Origin: Octopus sinensis
Lineage: Eukaryota
NCBI RefSeq assembly: GCF_006345805.1
Contig: NC_043021.1
Span: 12,276,001-12,340,000 of the forward strand
Direction: 5' to 3'
Length of the DNA stretch: 64,000 nucleotides
Within the stretch, counting starts at the first letter, position 1. Every line of letters begins with the position of its first letter. The notes below the pieces were generated by a model, which worked only from the letters and a program-made list of their open reading frames with translations, had not been told where the DNA came from and did no database searches. A program made the position numbers and the translations under genes. Shown in pieces: positions 26,741 through 40,626 of this stretch.

Positions 26741-27678
26741 TAATAGGATGAAATAATCTGGTGACACTCTGACTTTGATGTTGAAGACAAATTGATCTGG
26801 CAACGAACTGACCAACAAATTGACCAATGACGAAATGACAGATAAGACAAATTATCCTATTGGCCACTTAGATTCATCTTAGCTCTACAATTAATATTTA
26901 CTTCTGTGTTGAGTACTTTTTTCCTGTTGTTGAAAACAAAAATGCACTCATACATACATACATACACCACACACAAATACAGACACATATATTTATGTAT
27001 GTGTGCATGTGTGTGTATGTGTGTGTGTGTGTGTGTGTGTGCGCCCACATAGTAGACACAGAAACATGGCAAATTTAACTATTTCTCAGCAGATTGAGAT
27101 TCTCAATGGGAAACTGATAAACTGCCTTAATTGATTTTCAAACCTTATTGGGTTCTCAGCAGAAGTGTCTGCATCACTTGACCAATCCTTGAGAAACAAG
27201 TAACCATTATGTTTATCTACACAACAAATCCAACAGCTTCAGACAGCTGGAGCTACATATTATAAGCGTTTAACACTTTATTGTAATAGCTAAAAGGAAC
27301 ACCCAAGCTATGGTTTTTTTCCTTTCAGTTCAATGATAATTAATCTGTCTCTCCAGTTTTGCAAGGTCTTTCAGCATGAAACCATCCGTTAACATAATTT
27401 GGCTGTTATGAAACCATATTCTAGAGTATTGTATAAGAAGTGTGTGTCTGGCCTGAATTCTTGTAACAGAGTGGACCCACTTCCCTAAGGCCTGATGGAC
27501 AAAATAGTTAGTGGCCTTTTCTTCTGGCTCTTTACGTTCTGAGTTCAAATGTGGCCATGGCCTGCTTTGCCTTTCATCCTTTTGTGGTTGATAAAATTAG
27601 TACCAGTTGAGCACTGGGGTCAGTGTAATTGACTTACCCCCCCTCCAAAATTGTTGGCCTTGTTCCAAAATTTGAAAC

Positions 27679-27730
<52 letters not shown>

Positions 27731-28034
27731 TCTGTCAAGGTTGATTTTGCCTTTCGTCCTTTCGGGGTCAATAAATTAAGTGCCAGTCAAGTACTGGTGT
27801 CAATATGATCGACTAGTCCCCTCCCGCCAAATTTCAAGCCTTATGCTTATAGAAGAAGGGATTATTTATTATTATTATCATTGAGTGACAAAGCAGTGCA
27901 TGCTATCAAAGTAACACTGAGGTAAAATATACGAAGCCCATTATACCCATCTTGACTACCCGTCTGATAAGGGTACACCAGGCACATGCATCACAAGCAT
28001 ATATGCACGTCATGGTGATCTCATGTTATTATTA

Positions 28035-28068
<34 letters not shown>

Positions 28069-28361
28069 TCAATTTCTGCCAGGGTCAACTTTACCTTCCA
28101 TCCTTTCAGGGTTGATAAAATAGGTAGCAGTTGAGCACAGGGGTCGATGTAATCAACTTACCCCCTCCCCTGTAATTGCTGGACCTGTGCCAAAATTTGA
28201 AACCATTATTATTATTGTTATTATTATTATTATTATTATTGAAATATTTTATACCTAAAGAAAAGCCTGTAACAGCAGGTAACTACATGGATAATTACTT
28301 TGTCTGGCCATTAAGTAACAGTAACATAACCGATTCTGATCTGTACAGCACAGCATGTGGT

Positions 28362-28405
<44 letters not shown>

Positions 28406-29418
28406 TATACAACATACACCACATGGTAGAGATTTTCTGTTAGATTATTGTTTTGTTCTTATTGTTGTCATTTTTTAGTTATTTATTTTATTTATCTAAT
28501 TTATATATTGCAATTTTCGGTGAATAATAAACGTTGTTGGTTGGTTACTGGTTTTCAACGGGTTCGCTACACTTTTGATATATTGTATGTGTGTAGAAGC
28601 ATATGTGTGTATGTATAGTCTGTATGTGTTTATAAGCTTATGTATGTATATGTATGTATGTATATGTATGTATATATATATATATATATACGTATGTATA
28701 TGCATATGTATATATATGCATGTATATATATATGTATACTTACGTATGCATGCATGTATATACATATATATGCATGTATGTGTGTTTGTGTATATATATA
28801 TATATGCAGGTATGTATATGCATATATACACATGTATGTATATATCTATGCAGGTATGTATATGCATATATATGCATGTATGTATATGCATGAATGTATG
28901 TATGTATATATGTGTGTGTATGTGTGTGTGTATGTATGTATATAAATATGTATGTATATATATCTATATGTATATATATTTATGTATGTATGTATATATA
29001 TATGTATGTGTATATGTGTATGTATGTGTATATATATGTATGTGTATATATGTATGTGCATTTATGTATGTATATGTGTGTGTATGTGCACCTCTGATAA
29101 TATTCTTTATTGATTAACAATAAACAGTTTCGTTGTTACTTATATTTCGTTAATCTGTTCAGCATATCTTCATTTTTTTATTTTGATTTTTGGTAATTTC
29201 ATTTCATGTCGGTCTTTTGTTTCCATTTCATATTTCTAAGACCTATTCTGGCATTAGAAAGAAATATGAATTTATACTCACAGGGCTGGGGTCTGATAGA
29301 AGACACTTGCTGAAGGGTCCATTCATGCAAGCAAGCTTCTTAATAGCCATACGTCTCTCTACCTGTTTCGAGGATAATGCTGAGGATAATAAAGCAGATT
29401 TTCAAAGTAGATTTATTG

Positions 29419-29630
29419 CTACTCTTTTACTCTTTTACTTGTTTCAGTCATTTGACTGTGGCCATGCTGGAGCACCGCCTTTAGTCGAGCAAATCGACAC
29501 CAGGACATATTCTTTGTAAGCCTAGTACTTATTATATCAGTCTCTTTTGCCAAACCACTAAGTTACAGGGATGTAAACACACCAGCATCGGTTGTCAAGC
29601 GATGTTGGGGGGACAAACACAGACATACAA

Positions 29631-29673
<43 letters not shown>

Positions 29674-29845
29674 CATATACACGACTGGCTTCTTTCAGTT
29701 TCTGTCTACCATATCCATTCACAAGGCTTTGGTTGGCCCGAGGCTATAATAGAAGACACTTGCCCAAGGTTCCATGCAGTGGTACTGAACCTGGAACCAT
29801 GTGGTTGGTAAGCAAGCTACTTACTACACAGCCTCTCCTGTGCCT
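29419..29845 (-). mobile_element. SINE family A copy
   Basis: Reverse-complement similarity to 1046-1434. Confidence 0.85.
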
Positions 29846-31465
29846 AGGTCAAATAAATAAAGTGGAGGTGCGTGGCTTAGTGGTTAGGATGTTAGACTTC
29901 TGATTGTAAGATTGCAGTTTCGATACCAGGATTGGGTGACACATTATGTTCTTGAGCAAAACACTTCATTTCACACTACTTCAATCCATTCATCTGGCAA
30001 AAGTGAGTAATCCTGTGATGGATTGGTGTCCTATCCAGGGAGGGAATATATATGCCATAAAAACCCGGAAACCAGCTCTATGAGTCTATATCACCCAGAA
30101 AGGAAATTTACTTTTACTATTTAGAAATAAATTCAATTTAAATCCATTTTTTTTTTCAAATACCAATACAAGTATAAGATAAAAAATGAAATGAAATTGC
30201 AAAAATTTAAATGAAGAATGAAATATGCTGAACAGATTAATTAAATATGCAAGTAATGATGAAATTGTTTATTGTTAATCAATGAAGAATGTGTTTTATC
30301 GAATGTAACATTTAATTTTTTTCTTGTATGTCATTTGACAGTGTTGTGAGGAGACTGGTTTATGTTAGTCACTGTTTTTTTGGGTTTTTTTTTTACTAGT
30401 TCGGTAGTATCATTGCCATAAGCAAACTTTAGGTTAGTTAAAATGTTTCTGCCATATTTCAGCTTCTGAAGGGAAATTCTCTGCAAAGACAGGAGAAAAA
30501 AAATTCTCTCTTATGGTAAAAAAGGTGTAAAAACACCATATCTACCCAGTGTTGCCTCCTAGCAGATTCCCAGATGTATTTCTAGCTCTTTGGCAATTAT
30601 CAATAGGAAATAAAAGGAGAAGTAAATCTGAGCAGATCTTAAAGCTGTAGTAGCTTTAACTAAAACACAGTCAAAAACATTGACTGAGTTGCACTGTTTG
30701 ACTGCCATTGCTCCAGTCCACTAAGCTGGCAAAAATGAATTGTACCTGTATTTCAAATGGCCATATCACACTCTGTATCATGCGAATCTCCCTGAGAACT
30801 ACATTAAGGGTTCACATGTCTGTGAAGTGCATATCAATTTCATGAACAGGCTGTTCCATCGATAGGGTCAACTGGAACCCTTGTCATCATAACCGATGGA
30901 GTGCCAGTTTTTCTTTTTGTTTTTCTTTTCTCCATGAATGGCTTGAACATCAACAACAGCTTCCACTCTTCTTTAATTTGCTTCTACTTTAGATGTGTGT
31001 ATGCTCCAATAGATCACAACTTTATTCTATTCTTAATCATTTTCTGTTCATTTACTCTCATATTCAATTCATCTGGTGTCAAGAGTCACCTGTATCTGTT
31101 CTTCCTGCTCTCTGATATAAAATACATTATACATTGCATGGTGTCGTGTAAAAAGCACCTGTGTGGCGACATATAAAAGTGTCCATGCAGTGTCGTGTAA
31201 AAGCACCTGTGCAGTGCCACATCAAAACACCTGTATGGCGCAAACATAAAAGCACCCATGTGGTGCCATGTAAAAGCAGAGCACCCAACACACTCTGTAA
31301 AGTGGTTGGTGTTAGGAAGGGCATCCAGCCATAGAAACCATACCAAATCAGACTGGGGTCTAGTGCAGCACTGTCCCACCCCTGCCTCCAGCTTGCCAGC
31401 ATGGGCAATAGATGTTAAATGATGATGATCCTCCAGTACATCATACACCCAGTACATCTAGCAAT

Positions 31466-31822
31466 TTTACATGGTTGTGAGACACGGGCCTTGAATGCAG
31501 AGGACATGCAAAGGCTAGAGAGGAATGAGGCTGGTATGCTCCACTGGATGTTCGACAGAGTGCTGGTGTATTGAGAGAGATATTAGGCATAAGAGGAATT
31601 AGATGCAGTGTGCAAGAGAGAAGAATGCATTGGTTTGGTCACGTGACACAGATGGATGCTGACAGCTCTGTAAGGAAGTGCCAATCTCTCAAAGTGGATG
31701 GAACTCATGAAAGAGGGGAACTAAGGAAGCATGGGATGAAGTACTGAAGGATGACCTCAGGACACTGAACCTTTCAAATGATATGATAAAGGTCTGAGAT
31801 ACCTGGTGTCTTGCTGTACTCA
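31466..31822 (+). mobile_element. RTE-clade LINE ORF remnant
   Basis: LHGCET.ALNAEDMQRLERNE...LGIRGIRCSVQERRMHWFGHVTQM...WDEVLKDDL with frameshifts (RTE YGSETW / RLRWFGHV pattern). Confidence 0.75.
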
Positions 31823-33359
31823 AGTGGACCCATCCTCCACAGCAGAAGTGTTAAGGCTGCTCCCCCTTATGACGAGGACTGGTCTGCAAGAGTCCTGTGC
31901 CGGTGCCATGTAAAAACCACTTGTGCTGGTGCCATGTAAAAGTGCTTGTGTGGTACCATGTTAAAAGCACCCAGCACACTCTATAAAGTGGTTGGTTTTA
32001 GGAAGGGCATCCAGCTGTAGAGGATAAAGACCTCCTTCGATCATGAATAACCATGGGATTGCATCTAAAAAGTTCTCCTCCAGGGCACAAGTTTGGACAA
32101 GTTTGTTTATGGAAGACCAGCTGTCACCCATGCATACCAGCCTCCCTTCTCCATGCCACCGATGTTGTCCAAGGGAAAGGCAAAGGCTGATACAGTTTGG
32201 CACCGGCGATGTTGCAACTCATTTCTACAGATGGGTGAACTGGAGCAATATAAAATAATGTATTCTGCTCAAGTACACAACACACAGCCTGGCCCAAGAA
32301 TCGAACTCACTGCTTCATGATTGCAAGCCTGACACTGTAACCACTGAACCGTGTGTCTTCACATGACTGTAGAAACCATCCAGCTGTAGAAACCATGCCA
32401 AAACAGATTGGAGCCTGGTGCAGTTCTCCCGCTTGCCAGCTCTAGCCAAACTGTTCAACTCATGCCAGCATGGAAAACAGATGTTAAATGGTGATGATGA
32501 TGATGATCCAATCCATTATATACCCAATGCATAATATACCCATACAATCCATTGTGTAATCCATTTCATCTCATATTGCTTTAATTGTTGCTACAAGTTA
32601 CTGTTTCTCAACCTTTTATCATTGCAGTCCATTTTTGGTTAATCAATAACCCGTTGCGATGCATTTGTTAATTAACTATACCTAATTAGCAGTGTCTCTT
32701 TCAATCTGTCCGTTTCTTCTCCTTCGCTCCCCCCACCGTCACCGACATGCACATCAAAGGCAATTAAACTACTCTGACTATTTCTGTATTTCATTAAATC
32801 AGTGATTGACAGGTCATTTAGTCAGCTGCATATTGGATGGAAATGTTCCTTATAAGTTAAACCATTCCATAAGGGGATGTCGAAAAGTTCCTGGCTTTAA
32901 GGATGTTGCAAAAGGCCTGGTTGGAGGCTCGACCATCCAAGTTCTTTTACAGGGCTTAGAAAAAACTGAAGAACCACTGCAATAAGTGTGTGAATCTGAG
33001 AGGGGAATATCTATTATAAAATCTATTATAAAATCCGTTCTGTCTGTGTGTGTGTTTTCTAGGATCTCGGGCATCCTCTATCCAATTGTGTCCAAATTTG
33101 ATATGTAGATACTGACGGTATCAGAGCGTGTATAAGTCTTTAAAAAATTACAAAAATCGATTCCAGGTGAGAATGCGATCGATAAAGCTGTGGGAACGTG
33201 CATTTGTAAAATCGTTTTCCTTGGAATAGAAAAGAAGTCTATCTTTATTTCTTCTTTTGCTGGTGTCTCAAATTCAGGTTAAATCAGTGTTTCTCAAATG
33301 GGAGGTCTATGGGACAGTCGGACAAGTTGTTTTGAGAAAATTTGGTTTAAGTGTTTGAC

Positions 33360-33660
33360 AACTCAGCACCTGTCCATTGTACTTATTCTATCGGTCTCTT
33401 TTGCCGAACATACCACCATCAGTTGTCAAGCGATGTTGGGGGGACAAACACACACAAACATATACACACGTACATATATATATACATATATACGACAGGC
33501 TTCTTTCAGGTTCCGTCTACCAAATCCACTCACAAGGCTTTGGTCAGCCCGAGGCTATAATAGAAGATACTTGCCCAAGGTGCCACGCAGTGGGACTGAA
33601 CCCAGAACCATGTGGTTCGTAAGCAAGCTACTTACCACACAACCACTCCTACGCCTATGT
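33360..33660 (-). mobile_element. SINE family A copy (3'-truncated)
   Basis: Reverse-complement similarity to 1046-1434. Confidence 0.8.
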
Positions 33661-34223
33661 TCTGAGTTGAAATTCTGCTGAGGTTAGCTATGCCTTTCGT
33701 CGTTTCGGGATGGATAAAATAAGTAACCAGCTGAGCAATGGAGTCAATGTAATCAGTTTGCCCCTCCTCCCCCCGTTGAAATTCCTGGCCTTGTGCCAAA
33801 ATTTGAAGTCATTATTGTATTTGTGAACATTTTTACATTTTAATAAAGGTTCCAAAAGTAAAATATGTTGACATTTGTGTGTCAGTGACACCATCGGGGT
33901 TTGTGAATTATCCACCACCTTCACCCTCACCCTATTCTAGAGTTTTGTTCGGATGGGAGGTGGGGTGTCGTTGGTCACATTTCAGTGCTGTGCAACACCA
34001 CCACCACCACCACCACCTCCACCACTTGCCACTGACATCTGCAACATATAAATTTATTATCTTATATGTACATAAAGGATAAACCCTTTGTAAAATTTTA
34101 TGTATGAAGTCAACAGCTCCCTCAACCCTTTCCCAGTCACTGTGAACTCTTGACATCGGGTGGGGGGGGGGGTTACTATCGGCTGGTTCCCCTTTGAACA
34201 CTGATTAGCTTTTGCAGATAGAT

Positions 34224-34265
<42 letters not shown>

Positions 34266-34719
34266 ATGAAGGAGAGAAAGAGAATGAAAGAGAGAGAAAG
34301 AGAGCAAACTCTCAAAGTCCCTGGCTTACTACATACATATGGCAGGCTCACATTATTAGTTACATACATTGGTATAATTAGTACACACCATTTAGTACAT
34401 TTTACTAACTACATACATACAGTCAGCCAGTGAGTTTGAAGTAACTGCTAGATCTCTTTCTCGACATTTCATTGGTCGGTTTGTCTTACTAAACTGACAT
34501 TGCTCGCGTTCAGTTTCTAAAGCCATTCATTCCCCCAACAGTGGCGGCAGAAAAGTCAGTGAAGATGTTACTTCGTAGTAGAGCAGTGCTTGTAGAATGA
34601 TGGGTGAGTTGGTGGCTTGCCTACCAAAAGTCTTTTCTCTTGTATGTTGGTTTAGAATGTACGTGTGTGTGTGTGTGTGTGTGCTATATGTGTGAAGATA
34701 AAGTTTACTTTGAAAGGTA

Positions 34720-35146
34720 TCTTTATCTTTTACCCGTTTCAGTCATTGGACTGCGGCCATGCTGGGGCAATGTCTTGAAGAATTTTTAGTCAAATGTATC
34801 ACCCCAGTCCTTAATTTTTTGCTAAGCTTGTTACTTATTCTATTAGTTCTTTTTTTGTTTGTTTTGTTTTGTTTTTTTGCTGAATCGCTAAGTTATGGGG
34901 ACATAAACACACCAACGCCAGTTGTCAAACATTAGAGGAGGACAAACGCAAACAACCCCCCCACCCACCCCAACACACACATATATATACACAATGGGCT
35001 TGCTCCAGTTTCCATCTCCCAAATCCTCTTTGGTCAGTCCGAAGCTATTGTAGAAGACACTTGCCCAAAGTGCCACGTATCGGAACTGAACCCAGAACCA
35101 TGTGGTTATGAAGCAAGCTTCTTACCACACAGTCATGCCTGTACCT
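34720..35146 (-). mobile_element. SINE family A copy (diverged)
   Basis: Reverse-complement similarity to 1046-1434. Confidence 0.75.
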
Positions 35147-35884
35147 ATTTGGATGCAATTAACTGTGACAATACTCAAGCATTCATGAATTGTCTAAGTG
35201 AATCACAAAACCTCCAGGTCCCATCGTTGCCTTGACCTTATCTTTGAAGAATTCTTTATGGATTGATTGTATTTCTCACAGCTTTGTAGTGTAAAGATGA
35301 CAACGGCATTGATATTCCAAAGTTTGGGATAATAATAGCAGCTTCTAGAATAGATCTGTTAGTGGAAGCACTTTCTATTATTATTCCTACCTGCCCTGAA
35401 GCATTTAGCATTTGTAATCATAGGTTTATTTATAACTCGCTTCCCATCCCAACTTGATAAGCATTTTGATGACAATTCCAATATTACCTTGAGATGTTTA
35501 CTTTCTGTATTATCTTATGCATACACACATGCACACACACACACCTACATGTGCATGCACGCACACACACACACACACACTCTTAAATGCACACCCACAC
35601 GCAAGTAGCGTGTGTAGGTGTGCTTTCAGAGAAATTCTATACATAACTCTTTATATTATGCGATCATAGAAATATTTCTCTGTTTTATACAATCATAGAT
35701 GTGTGTGTGTATGTGTGTGTGTACATAGATGTGTATGTGTGTACATGTGTGTGTATATGTGTGTGTGTACATATGTGTGTGTGTGTGTACATATGTGTGT
35801 GTGTGTGTATGTTTATATAAGTAAATAATCCATATTATAGCAGTAGTAAATATATTCTTTCATATCACAACAATCTCAGACAGT

Positions 35885-36352
35885 CGGGCCTTAACCAAGC
35901 ATTTCACAATACCCTTAAACCCAGGAACTTTCCAGCACCCCCTCGTGTATATATACATGCGTATATATTATATACATATATATATATATATATATATGTA
36001 TGTATATATATGTAATCCCTTGCCATATTGTGGTATACCTATCACAGTTTATTATTTAATCTTACGTTGATTCCTCTGTGGTGTTGTTTTGCATTTATAA
36101 TAAAATAAATATATACAAATTATAAAAATAAGAAAATAAAATACACAGTACAGTACTGTTTTTACTTTGTGGATTTTCACCTATCGTAGGGGGTTTTGGA
36201 ATGTAACACCCTTGATAGACGAGGGATTACTGTATACACAAGGGGGTACTAAAAAGTTCCCAGCTTTGTGTAAAAGAAAAATACAGGAGGATCAGTTATG
36301 ATTTTATTCAACATATTCCCCTCTTAGATTCATATACACACACGCACACACA

Positions 36353-36420
<68 letters not shown>

Positions 36421-37562
36421 GAGGGTGTGTGGAATAGTTCCTGACTTTAAGGTTATCACAAAAGGTCTGGTTGGAGGCCCAACCTTCTGAGTTCTTTTAC
36501 AGGGCTTAGCAAAACTTTAGGACTACTGCAATAAGTGTGTGAACCTGAGAGGGGAATATGTTGAATAAAATCATAATTAACTGATCCTCCTGTATTTTCT
36601 TTTACCTAAAGCCAGGAACTTTCCAGCAAACCCCCATATATATACATATATATATATACACATGAGGGGATGCCGAAAAGTTTCTGGCTTTTAGAGGGGA
36701 ATATGTTCAATAAAATCATAATTAACTGATCCTGCTGTATTTTCTTTTACCCAAAGCCAAGAACTTTTCAGCAACCCCTTATATAAAGGATATAAGAATG
36801 TCATTAGATGGTGAATATTTATCTGAAGTTGTTATGACATGACAAATATGGATATAGTTGTTACAGCATGGGGAATATATGAATGGTGGTTACAACATGG
36901 CAAACATGGTTATTAGACTGTTATCAGACGGTGAATATATTTATGGTTGTTATGACACGGCAAATAATGTCTGTGTTGTAGCATGACTAATAATGAGTAT
37001 GGTTGTTATGACATGGTGACTACGACTGTGGTTGAATGACAAATACGGATATCAGTGCAATTACATGACAGATATTTCTATGGGTTTCATAGAAATATTT
37101 ATATGAGAGGGTGCCAAAAAGTTCCTGGCTTTGCGTAAAAGAAAATACTAGAGGATTAGTTACTTATGAATTTATCCAGCATATTCCCCTCTCAGATTCA
37201 CACACTTATTGCTGTGGTCCTTCATTTTTTTTAAGTCCTGTAAAAGAACTCGGAAGGTTGGCCCTCCACCTAGGCCTTTTTCAATACTCTTAAAACCAGT
37301 AAATTTTCAGCACTCTCTCTCTCTCTCTCTTTCACACACACACACGAGGAGTACTGAAAAGTTCCTGGCTTTGGGTAAAAGAAAATACAGAAGGATCAGT
37401 TAATTAAGATTTTATTTAACATAATCCTCTCTCAAATTCTCACACTTATTGCAGCAGTCCTTCTGGTTTTCCTAAGCCTTGTAAAAGAACTGGGAAAGTT
37501 GGGCCTCAAATCAGGCCTTTCTCAATATCCTTAAAGCCAGGAACCTTTCAGCACTCCTTCAT
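35885..37562. mobile_element. Cluster of ~220-bp mariner-type MITE copies (approx. 35885-35950, 36238-36335, 36420-36640, 36663-36780, 37105-37320, 37345-37562)
   Basis: Repeated GAGGGGGTGCTGAAAAGTTCCTGGCTTT-like TIR and shared internal sequence in both orientations; another copy at ~32870-33010. Confidence 0.7.
36011..36232. mobile_element. Tigger/pogo-like MITE
   Basis: Ends GTAATCCCTTG... and ...CGAGGGATTACTG|TA, matching a CAGTAATCCCTCG-type TIR. Confidence 0.5.
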
Positions 37563-37690
37563 ATGTAATGCTATCAACCAGAGATATATTCACCATCATA
37601 GACAACCAAATCCTTATTTGCCATGTTATAACAACCGTATCATGTTATAACAACTATGGGTACTTGTTTCTCTGGGATTGGTCAAATGAT

Positions 37691-37735
37691 AGACACCTGA
37701 TGAGACCCCAATTAGGATCGAAAATCGATATGTAG
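37691..37735 (+). ncRNA. Decayed hammerhead-like motif
   Basis: CTGATGA-GACCC-CAATTA-GGATC-GAAA-ATCGAT-A; one stem II mismatch and weak stem I. Confidence 0.3.
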
Positions 37736-38339
37736 AAAATATATTATATTGTATATATCATATATCATTCCTTGATGCTGCTTGGACTGAGATCCCAGTT
37801 GATAAGCTGCTGATATTAAATAAGATGTTAAATGCTTATTATATTATGCAAATTAGTTAGCTCATTTCTCCCAAGCTACTGGATTTGTTGTGTATAATAA
37901 ACAGATTGACTACTTGTTTCTGTGGCATTGGCATTTAAGTGATGTGGGCACTTCTGATAAGTTTTGAAAATTGGTTAACTCTTTAGCAGGCATGGTTGTG
38001 TGGTAAGAAGCTTGCTTTCCAACTGCATGGTTCCAGGTTCATTCCCACAGTGTGGCACCTTGGGAAAGCGTCTTCCTCAGGCCATAATAAACTGAAGATT
38101 TAAATAAATTGAGGTGGCGAGCTGACAGAATTGTTAGCATGCTGGGCAAAATGCTTCATGATATTTTGCCCATTTTGTGCCAGAATTTGAAGCCAATATT
38201 TAGATAAACCTAGGCAGCGAGCTGGCAGAATTGTTAGCACATTGGGCAAAATGTTTCGTGGCATTTTGTCCATCTTCGTGTTCTGAGTTCGAAATTCTGC
38301 TGAGGCTGACTTTGCCTTTTATCTCTTTCGGAGTTGATA

Positions 38340-38716
38340 TAGGTGCAGGAGTGGCTATGTGGTAAGTAGCTTACTTACCAACCACATGGTTCCAGGTTAA
38401 GTCCCACTGCGTGGAACCTTGGGCAAGTGTCTTCTACTATAGCCTCAGGCCAACCAAAGCCTTGTGAGTGGATTTGGTAGACGGAAACTGAAAAAAGCCT
38501 GTTGTATATATATGTGTGTGTGTGTTTGTCCCTCCACCATCACTTGACAACCAATGCTGGTGTGTTTACATCCCCCGTAAGTTCGGCAAAAGAGACCGAT
38601 AGAATAAGTACTAGGCTTCCAAAGAATAAGTTCTGGGGTCAATTTGTTCGACTAAAGGCAGTGCTCCAGCATGGCCACAGTCAAATGACTGAAACATATA
38701 AGAGTAAAAGAGTTGA
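38340..38716 (+). mobile_element. SINE family A copy
   Basis: Similarity to 1046-1434. Confidence 0.85.
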
Positions 38717-39308
38717 GTACCGGGGTCAAGTAATCGACTTTTTCCCTTACCCGAAACTTGCTGGCCTTGTGCCAGTATTTCAAATTAACTAAATTAGTAG
38801 GTTCCTCTTCTGCTCTTATTTCGGTCATTGGACTTCTGCCATCCTGGGGCACCTTCTTGATGGTTTTAAGCAATCATGTCAAAAAAACCTAGTTTGCTAT
38901 TTGTTAAATCACCAACTTAAAAGACTTAAAACACAAGCACCATTGCTTTCAAGGGATTTCAACATTATGTCTATCACACACAAACACATGCATGTGCACA
39001 CATACTCTCTCTCTCTCTCATACACTCTCTAGCATACACAAATAATATATACATATATATATCTCATCATCATCATCATTGTTTAATGTCCAGTCTCCAT
39101 GCTGGCACGGGTTGGATGGATTGACTTGGAACTAGCCAGCTGGGAGACGTCCAAACTCAAACTGTCTGTTGTGACATGGTTTCTATGGCTGGATGCCCTT
39201 CCTAACGCCAACCTCTTGACAAAGTGTACTGGGTGCTTTTTACATGTCACCATCACAGCTGCATTAACACAGCACCAGCATGGGTGCTTTTTAAGTGGCA
39301 CCAGTACC

Positions 39309-39368
<60 letters not shown>

Positions 39369-39584
39369 TGTGCCCGCATGTACACGCACACTGGATGGTT
39401 AAAAATTCACAAATTTGGTCTATCATTTAATACATACAAATATATTGTAAGGTAGCTTGAAAATTTGGCCAATCTGTGTGTCTGTGTGTGTAAAATTTTG
39501 CATATACAGGATTTAAAATTCAGTTACCATATGTTACAAGCTTATGCTAGTACTATATTTGGTTGGGATTATATAGAGTGCTAT

Positions 39585-39634
<50 letters not shown>

Positions 39635-40584
39635 GCTTCTTTCAGTTTCTGTCTACCAAATCCACTCACAAAGCTTTGGTTGGTCTGAGGCTATAGTAGA
39701 AGACACTTGCCCAAGGTGCGACACTGTGGAATTGAACCCAGAGCCATTTGGTTGGTAAGCAAGCTACTTACCACACAGCCACTCGTGCACCTATACACAC
39801 ACACACACACACACATACATGTATCCTTTAATTCCCTCACTTTCAGCTCTTGTCTCTGTGATAGATAAAGTAGCTTAGAGCCATTTGGTATCTTCTTCTA
39901 GCATGTGGCATTACTTTGTAGTTGCGCTTATTATAATTGTATAATTATATTTATAAAATTATATACTTTGTGTGTATATATATATATATATTCTGAATAT
40001 TCCAATGAATCATTATGTAATTGTATTGTCCTTTGTACACCCTGATGATTTTCCATCCAAGGTATTTTAAAATGCAAGGTTATATATTTATATATGTTTT
40101 GTAGTTTTAATTTTGGTTGTGAAATAATTGTAGGTGAATATGTTAATAAATTAATTTGTATCCATTAGATGTCTCTGTTTTCAAATTTAATCATATATAT
40201 ATATATATATATAGCATGAAGGAATAGATGCAATTAAATCCAGGCAGATACCTTACAAGCATCCTTGTATAATCCAGGTTTTGGCTAACCACATCAAATG
40301 ATATGAAACAATAAGAAACTATTTACGGTAAACAATCACACCTGATGGGTTAAACATCGTGGGTAATATTCCACCTGATGGGTAAAACGTGAGTTTGCTA
40401 CTTTGGAAGTTGCATCCTGCTGGTTGAATTGAACCAACAGGATGCAACTCAATGCCACATCCCAGGATACCCATACAGTAGAAACATGTATCAGAAAGAG
40501 ATTTAAAGAGAATGGATTATACATAATACTGTAATAAACAAGCTTTGAGAATGTATAATTCTCCATTCTTATTTCTAATATCTT

Positions 40585-40626
<42 letters not shown>

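Noticed and set aside
33010-33245. Helitron-like start (TCTATTATAAAA...CTGTCTGTG) and small GATAC/GTATC hairpin
   Set aside because: No clear 3' CTRR terminus; too weak to call.
34300-34560. ...CCCCAACA followed by PBS-like GTGGCGGCAG (LTR end?)
   Set aside because: No second LTR, TSD or gag/pol remnant could be identified.
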